From NCBI RefSeq assembly GCF_039654945.1, contig NW_027361754.1, forward strand, positions 30,566,001-30,630,000: a stretch of DNA of 64,000 nucleotides, given 5' to 3'. Each line of letters opens with the position of its first letter. Within the stretch, counting starts at the first letter, position 1. This DNA is from Dendrobates tinctorius. Lineage: Eukaryota. Below are positions 59,601 through 64,000 of the stretch, piece by piece. A program made the translations under genes and the position numbers. A model generated the notes under the pieces. It was given only the letters and a program-made list of their open reading frames with translations. It was not told where the DNA came from and did no database searches.

Positions 59601-62188
59601 ATTTTTCTGAAGTATGTGAACTGTGTAGAAGTAGATTTTACCAGTGGGTACGGAGAGCCCTCACTATAATTTAGCAGGGGTTTCATACTGCTGAAAAGGG
59701 CACTTGTCAGTGCCGATGCCCACGGTTTCAGATCTCTTCTCATTTCTTATCAAATTTTTTTTTTTTTCCCCTTTTCTCTTTTAGGAGCGCTAGAATGCTC
59801 ATTGATGAAGACCCCATATTCACAGATGTTGAGCTAAATACACTGGAAAAGCTTATTAATGACACCTGGGTAAGAGAAGATGGATTTTCAGGGGATCAGT
59901 GAAAGTTTTATTATAAATGACATGACAAAATAACATAACTTCTCACTGCCATTCTAGTAGCACAACTCTGTTGCTCCCCACCTGTCTTACAATCTGTCGG
60001 TGGTAACGTTCTGATTGCCGGGGGGTCCCGCTGCTGCAAATGGGGCTCTGAAATGCAGAGCAGAAGGTGGATGGTTGATAGTAGTTTTGTATTGAATTTA
60101 TTAACTTTTTCTACTTTCTACATAGATATGGAAAAATGAAACTCTGGCAGAGCAAGCCAAATTACCAGCCACCGAAAAACCAGTCTTGTTGTCTAAAGAC
60201 ATTGAGCAAAAACTAGCAGCATTGGACAGAGAAATTCAGTACCTGCTAAACAAAGCAAAGTTTTCCAAGCCTAAGCCCAAGCCTAAGAGTAACACCACGA
60301 AATCGGACAACAATGGCGAAAAGAATACAACGGACACTGTTGAGAAAACTATAAAAGAGGGCACGGAAGGTTAGTGACTATTAAAACTTGTTTTTTTTTT
60401 TTTTTTGCCCTCTGTTAGGACTTTTTTTTTTTCTTTTCACCCTTATGCTTTATTCATATTGGTGCCATGGTTGATATAGTGGATCTCATTAACTACCTCT
60501 GACTTCTAGTGAATATATAGATTTATATTTTATTTCTTTTACACAGAGCCACCAAGTGAGCCTGAGCCTGCACCGGAACCTCCAGTGGAAGAGAAGATCT
60601 TAGAAATATCCGGTTCTGAAGCAGGTAATCCGGGGCATGCACAAGAATTTTAATGCTCTGGTCACATTGTACGATTGTGAGTATGTAAGTTATGTATCAA
60701 TGAATGTGCAGTGTATTGAGCAGGAATAATGCAACTCTCGACTCTTCCATAAGGAACAGATGTTGCTTCAGGGGCTTATACAGATTGTTTTATGGTATAG
60801 CACAAGTCTAAAAAACGTGGGACATTTGGGAAAGATGGTGAGCTCTGTGAGACCGAATCTGATACCAGTGCGGTCCTCTAATGCAGGGTTCCCCAACTCC
60901 AGTCCTCAAAGCCCACCAACAGATCATGTTTTCAGGATTTCCTTAGTATTGCTCAGGTGATAATTGCTTCAACTGTGCAATATAAAGGAAATCCTGAAAA
61001 CATGATCTGTTGGTGGGCCTTGAGGACTGGAGTTGGGGAACCATGCTCTAATGGAAGCCACTGGTGTAACAAGTCCATTCATGACATTTCTTCTCCATCA
61101 CCTGTGAGTGATACTATTGAAAAATGGAGACACTGTAACCTTGCAGAGCAGGGGGCTGAGTGCTGAGGAGCAGAGGACCGAAAAGTCACCAACAATTGGC
61201 TGACCCTATAACTGCAGAATCCAGACCTCCTCTAGTATAACATCAGCATAAACATTGCGCCCTTGCCGGGAGCTTCATGGCCGAGCATCTGCATGCAGCC
61301 GTACATCACCAAGCACAGTGCCGAGTGTCGGATGTAGTGGTTTAAAGCCGCCACAACTGAACTCTGAAGGAGATGTGTTCTGTGCAGTGACGGATCACAC
61401 TTCTCTATCTGCGTCTTATGGAGAAGTCTGGGTTTGGTGATTCCAGGAGGATGTTACCCCCTGACTGCATTGTGCCCATTGTACAGATGGTGGAGGAGGA
61501 TAATGCTATGGGCTGTTATTAGGGGGCGGCCATTTAGTACCGGTGAAAGGAAATCTTAAACTTCAGCACAAGACATTGTAGACAGTTTTAGCGTCTGGCT
61601 TTGTGGGAACAGTCTTCTGGTCCCGATCACTGAGCCCAGTGCACAAGGTCCATACAGACATTGAGGGGGGGGAGAACATGTGCGGTCGCCCAGATCCCGG
61701 ACCTCAGCCCCGTCCAACACCTATAATAGAGATTGTGAGCCCGGCCTCCCCCCAACATCAGGGTCTGACCCCACAAATGGTCTTCTGACTAAAGGGGCAA
61801 AAAATTCCCAAAGACTCCTCCAAAATCTTATAGGAGTTCTTCCCAGAAGAGCGGGAGCCATTATGTCTGCAGAGGAGTGACTCTATATTAATGTCTGTGC
61901 TGACATGCTGCTGATGTCTTATCCACAGCACTGCTCAATATATGCTGTGAATATTCTCTGCACCGTCCAAAATTTCTCATGCACAAAGCTGGTTCTGTAA
62001 AACGCAGCAAATGGACCCTAAGGACTCGTGAAAACTGCATTGCCGTCTATTATATGTGATATTGTTCCAGTCACCTGTGGCCATTCCGTTCTAATTATTG
62101 ATTCTCTCTCCATTTTCTTTGGTTCTTTCTTGTACCAGAATCGACAACGCCGAAATCTCCAGAAGAGAACGAGAAGACCGAGTTATAA
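25532..62188 (+). CDS. HYOU1: Hypoxia up-regulated protein 1 (ORP150/GRP170, ER Hsp70-superfamily chaperone and nucleotide exchange factor); 24 coding exons, 2904 nt, 967 aa
   Basis: Signal peptide followed by [92 protein letters not shown] and [14 protein letters not shown], ending KTEL. All introns are GT-AG with consistent phase. Confidence 0.96.
26141..26902. mobile_element. Two adjacent degenerate TTAA-flanked T2/Kolobok-like MITEs
   Basis: ttaa|aggggttgttcc ... ttct|ttaa|agaagacctg ... gtgtcct|ttaa; only partial inverted similarity at the ends of the second element. Confidence 0.35.
27940..28730. repeat. Degenerate G-rich tandem repeat
   Basis: Recurring gcagcgaggcggcgcatcttg and cacggtgttgggggg motifs. 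Confidence 0.75.
29041..29134 (+). CDS. HYOU1: HYOU1 coding exon 2
   Basis: ctccag|AC ... AA|gtaagt; [15 protein letters not shown]. Confidence 0.93.
29350..29428 (+). CDS. HYOU1: HYOU1 coding exon 3
   Basis: [26 protein letters not shown]; AG/GT flanks. Confidence 0.93.
29742..29896 (+). CDS. HYOU1: HYOU1 coding exon 4
   Basis: [18 protein letters not shown]...RGTVLFKLS; AG/GT flanks. Confidence 0.92.
30029..30105 (+). CDS. HYOU1: HYOU1 coding exon 5
   Basis: [25 protein letters not shown]; AG/GT flanks. Confidence 0.92.
30515..30960. mobile_element. Harbinger-like MITE
   Basis: TIR ggctactttcacacatc / gatgtgtgaaagtagcc flanked by TAA/TTA. Confidence 0.75.
33069..35616 (+). CDS. hAT transposase, join(33069..33315,34124..35616), 579 aa: BED zinc finger, DUF659-type DDE core, hAT dimerisation domain
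   Basis: [19 protein letters not shown]; SLDGWSN; VTDNASN; GCSAH; DVRWNT; [10 protein letters not shown]. Donor G|gtaagt and acceptor tttcag|GG are both phase 1. Confidence 0.88.
33471..33797. mobile_element. T2/Kolobok-like palindromic MITE in the hAT intron
   Basis: ctaa|aggacatgtgcacctttattttt ... aaaaataaaggtgcacatgtcct|ttaa, plus long internal inverted repeats. Confidence 0.8.
36003..37283 (+). CDS. DIRS copy 2 gag-like ORF1 (LAP2alpha-related); N-terminus disrupted
   Basis: 426-aa ORF with [26 protein letters not shown] and [10 protein letters not shown]. Confidence 0.8.
   Translation: MPDWASSQSQSVADLIKVSQSLVAVLDKLPLGASAGPSTSQDVPSEPASGSRKRPRQDLQAESSPRPTSPHSPQQSPSRASSSESGEALSESEGVLELDSDQDANMKVTVQNLIAAIHHTFDIADAPAKSSDQEVSSRRAETPSRVFPFHSEFGKIFTKEREDPTRRFQRGKRLGVLYPFAKELTDNWAASPSVDPPVSRLSNNTVLPLSGVASLKDSNDRIIESLAKSAFEAASAAVCPVFVSSWAAKAISTWADDLRQGILDKARPEHLADLANQISHAGDYLLSASLDAASCAVQTSSNIVAIRHTIWLKAWQADLSSKKSLTNLPFQGVRLFGSQLDQIIKDATGGTSSLLPSKPRRPPPRRQFRPFRTFRHFNTAENPSNQQRPQAHQERKKVSFMPTPSWRSHSSQGRPSRSRSGRSTSA
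37280..39189 (+). pseudogene. DIRS copy 2 pol: RT, RNase H and methyltransferase-like domain
   Basis: [53 protein letters not shown]. Frameshift in the G-run at ~38613-38620, then ADFLSR, DVDLIAS and YLFPP; premature TGA at 39047. Confidence 0.9.
39170..40190 (+). pseudogene. DIRS copy 2 tyrosine recombinase (frameshifted)
   Basis: [54 protein letters not shown]. Confidence 0.88.
42324..43897 (+). pseudogene. DIRS copy 3 gag-like ORF1, fragmented
   Basis: FCTACK..HCRDC; [10 protein letters not shown]; [10 protein letters not shown]; [12 protein letters not shown]. Confidence 0.78.
43894..45795 (+). pseudogene. DIRS copy 3 pol (RT, RNase H, MT-like)
   Basis: [48 protein letters not shown]. 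Confidence 0.9.
45780..46790 (+). pseudogene. DIRS copy 3 tyrosine recombinase, frameshifted
   Basis: [30 protein letters not shown] (~46603). Confidence 0.87.
47562..47743 (+). CDS. HYOU1: HYOU1 coding exon 6
   Basis: [22 protein letters not shown]...INSTAQ. Confidence 0.95.
48330..48728. repeat. 39-bp minisatellite, ~10 copies (HYOU1 intron)
   Basis: Unit gcagctaagagtcagctcctcctgccctataacatgatg. Confidence 0.93.
48839..48954 (+). CDS. HYOU1: HYOU1 coding exon 7
   Basis: [12 protein letters not shown]...QLQIRGVG. Confidence 0.93.
49824..50921 (-). mobile_element. Solo LTR (1098 bp)
   Basis: TGTCA...TGACA termini and a perfect 5-bp TSD GTGGG (49819-49823, 50922-50926). AATAAA on the minus strand near 49870 suggests the orientation. 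Confidence 0.75.
51503..51689 (+). CDS. HYOU1: HYOU1 coding exon 8
   Basis: [11 protein letters not shown]...[10 protein letters not shown]. Confidence 0.94.
52020..52154 (+). CDS. HYOU1: HYOU1 coding exon 9
   Basis: [14 protein letters not shown]...AEMNM. Confidence 0.94.
52253..52335 (+). CDS. HYOU1: HYOU1 coding exon 10
   Basis: [28 protein letters not shown]. Confidence 0.94.
52552..53807. mobile_element. Harbinger-like MITE carrying telomere-like repeats
   Basis: TTA|ggctggtttcacatttgc ... gcaagtgtgaaactagcc|TAA. Confidence 0.75.
52885..53570 (+). repeat. Interstitial telomere-like array (TTAGGG/TCAGGG mix)
   Basis: TTAGGG and TCAGGG hexamers punctuated by ttaagtatggttttgttaagg. Confidence 0.92.
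53920..54052 (+). CDS. HYOU1: HYOU1 coding exon 11
   Basis: [22 protein letters not shown]...FPIQ. Confidence 0.94.
54532..54716 (+). CDS. HYOU1: HYOU1 coding exon 12
   Basis: VEFTRE...[13 protein letters not shown]. Confidence 0.94.
54832..54970 (+). CDS. HYOU1: HYOU1 coding exon 13
   Basis: [12 protein letters not shown]...[18 protein letters not shown]. Confidence 0.94.
55505..55565 (+). CDS. HYOU1: HYOU1 coding exon 14
   Basis: [20 protein letters not shown]. Confidence 0.9.
55766..55848 (+). CDS. HYOU1: HYOU1 coding exon 15
   Basis: [13 protein letters not shown]...DSVQ. Confidence 0.92.
56059..56199 (+). CDS. HYOU1: HYOU1 coding exon 16 (acidic loop)
   Basis: [14 protein letters not shown]...KDNK; AG/GT flanks. 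Confidence 0.85.
56657..56835 (+). CDS. HYOU1: HYOU1 coding exon 17
   Basis: DTKET...[10 protein letters not shown]...[14 protein letters not shown]. Confidence 0.87.
57078..57165 (+). CDS. HYOU1: HYOU1 coding exon 18
   Basis: [29 protein letters not shown]. Confidence 0.93.
57418..57947 (+). mobile_element. Internally deleted Tc1 element
   Basis: TA|cagctctggctaaaaattaagagacca ... tggtctcttaatttttgccagagctg|TA; [10 protein letters not shown] remnant. Confidence 0.85.
57998..58120 (+). CDS. HYOU1: HYOU1 coding exon 19
   Basis: [13 protein letters not shown]...STWLEEEGY. Confidence 0.93.
58719..58849 (+). mobile_element. Miniature non-autonomous Helitron (131 bp)
   Basis: A|TCTACATATATAAA 5' end; hairpin GTGCAAAA-A-TTTTGCAC at 58821-58837, then CTAG|T; A/T insertion with no TSD. 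Confidence 0.6.
59478..59611 (+). CDS. HYOU1: HYOU1 coding exon 20
   Basis: ELKDKL...VEERRKWP...LNHSSIFLK. Confidence 0.93.
59785..59869 (+). CDS. HYOU1: HYOU1 coding exon 21
   Basis: [28 protein letters not shown]. Confidence 0.92.
60126..60369 (+). CDS. HYOU1: HYOU1 coding exon 22
   Basis: [14 protein letters not shown]...[19 protein letters not shown]. Confidence 0.92.
60547..60624 (+). CDS. HYOU1: HYOU1 coding exon 23
   Basis: [26 protein letters not shown]; AG/GT flanks, phase 1-1. Confidence 0.8.
60884..61045. mobile_element. hAT (Charlie/Buster-like) MITE
   Basis: Long near-perfect palindrome cagggttccccaactcc ... ggagttggggaaccatg; 8-bp TSD CTCTAATG on both sides. Confidence 0.88.
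61100..61890 (+). mobile_element. Old Tc1-like transposase relic
   Basis: Degenerate ggtggaggaggataatgctatggg (GGG-IMLWG) and cccggacctcagcccc (PDL-P) motifs. Confidence 0.45.
62139..62188 (+). CDS. HYOU1: HYOU1 last coding exon ([16 protein letters not shown])
   Basis: Polypyrimidine tract and taccag| acceptor, phase 1; KDEL-like end followed by TAA. Confidence 0.87.
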
Positions 62189-64000
62189 CCCTGTGACATC
62201 CTCAATCTACGTTGGCACTCATATTTATTGACATTACTTTTTTGTAATGGACCCTGAATGGATTCAGACAAACTGAACTTTATTTTTGGTTACTTTTTTT
62301 TTTTCTTTTCAAAACAAAAAAAGACAACTGTTCTTCAGATGTATATTTCTGTCCTGTCCGAGCAATGTTAGAAAGTTTTTGTTACCTTTTGTGTGTTTTG
62401 TGTTTTATTTAACTCTGGGTGTACACAGGAAGACGCAGAATGTTTGCTGAAAAAAAAATTAGTCACAATGCTTTGTGCTTCAAGATTTTTCAACTAACTT
62501 CTCCTCGTTTTAAGCAACGGCCGTGAAACATAGTCTACAACTGAGACCGGCTAATAACTAACGAGATTACACCAAAAAGAAATGCCTTCGATTCTAAAGA
62601 ACGTGTCTGTGTCCTAAAATTCTCCCTCCAGATGGTTAACGGTGATGAGAAATATTTGCTACCTGCAATAACTTTTAGGTTAGTGTCTCCTCTCTCCTTC
62701 AGCTGCTTTATAGTATTAAACTTTCCTAAAAGTCCACTTGCAAGGATGGGATGGAGGAAGAGGGGGGGGGACTAGTGCATGGTCTGTTTGTCCATGTTCT
62801 TTGGGTGACTTATTAGGAAGTTGAAAAGGGAAAACTTGGCAAAAAGAAAAAAAAAAACCCAGGCACTTTGGATCACATCCATAGAGCCCGTGAGTCCTGG
62901 TCACTTTTCTCTGCACATATTCGTATTTCTCTGTGCACTTGACAAATGTTTCCATAGGGTCCCATGTTCTTTCGGTGTCTTTGAGGCTGATAAATAATTT
63001 CATCGGCTATAGAGATGACAAAATAAATTTGCAGGACCCTGGTGCAGTGGTCAGTTCATCATTCCTGTGGCAGCAGGAACTGTCTCCTACCTATCTTTTT
63101 TATTTTTTTTATTTTTTTTTTTTTACTAAGTGGCTTGGCATAATGCACACACGATATACACCAAGCCATGTAATTAAAAGAGCAGGGGGGGTCCGGTCCA
63201 GTAGTCACTGACTGCTGGACCAGGATCCTGCACATTGACTCCACCATCTCTGGTCAACTACTGTATGGGAGGAGAAAAAGAAATATCAATAAATTATGCA
63301 GTTTACTTTTTACCCTTGGAAACTTTTGCGCTCTGAATATCTGGTATGCTTTAACTGTAACATCCATTGAAGGTATATGTTATATCTCTTGCAAACGCAG
63401 TGTGAATAGACCCACTGGCACTAGTTCCTGGACCCCTTTAGCTTCACCTAAGGATTTCCATTAAAATGGGTTGTGTAGTAGTAATAATAAACATGTCACC
63501 TACCTATGCATGAGATTAAGCATAGAGCTTACTGTTATCAGAGTCCACCTATCCTAATAACGGAGGACCCAAATAGCCTTCTGTGAATGGAGCGGTAGTG
63601 AGCATGTGCGACCGCTACGCCTATAGACAGTGAATGGAGCAGTGGTCACACATGCTCACTACTGATCCAGTCATAAGAGGGACTTTAAGCAAGTGTGTCC
63701 TGGGTATATTCTGGTCGGGGTGCTGTAACTATACAGTGTAGGTGAGTCGCATTCTGCTTCTTGCATCAGTCGCCTATTTTCTTTATTTTGTCTTCTTTAG
63801 CAATCAAATCTAATATTGGGTCTATTTAAATTTGTTTTTGGCACTTAGATATTTTTTTTCTCCCCATACAATTCAAGAAAACTTGGCTTGTGGTGAGTGA
63901 TGTCCTTTCCAGTTCCCACTTGCGCTACACATAAGCTGCAATAGCCACTGTCATGTAAGACATGGGTACAATGTGCGTCAAGCTTTGTAGCCTTATTCAT

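Overview
This is vertebrate genomic DNA; the repeat content (DIRS, IR/DR Tc1, TTAA-targeted T2-like MITEs) suggests a frog. It holds two complete, divergently transcribed genes that I rebuilt by hand from GT-AG splice sites with consistent phases. RBM7 is on the minus strand (5 coding exons, 13213->1464, 276 aa). HYOU1/ORP150/GRP170 is on the plus strand (probable non-coding exon ending 21152, 24 coding exons 25532->62188, 967 aa, signal peptide, C-terminal KTEL). The HYOU1 ER-stress promoter (~0.5 kb: exact ERSE-II, near-ERSE-I, CRE) lies between two ~4-kb minisatellite arrays. Introns are inflated by mobile elements. There are three end-to-end DIRS tyrosine-recombinase retrotransposons, one inside a Tc1 element and one carrying a nearly intact two-exon hAT transposon that itself holds a MITE. 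There are also Tc1 relics, a solo LTR, a mini-Helitron and several MITEs, one of which carries telomere-like repeats. The best leads are: Pol II CTD-like heptads in RBM7; the minisatellite-flanked promoter with a CpG-rich/CpG-decayed pair of 43-bp arrays; a 5' splice-site motif at the 3' end of all three DIRS copies; and a possibly autonomous hAT. No database searches were run, so novelty is untested.
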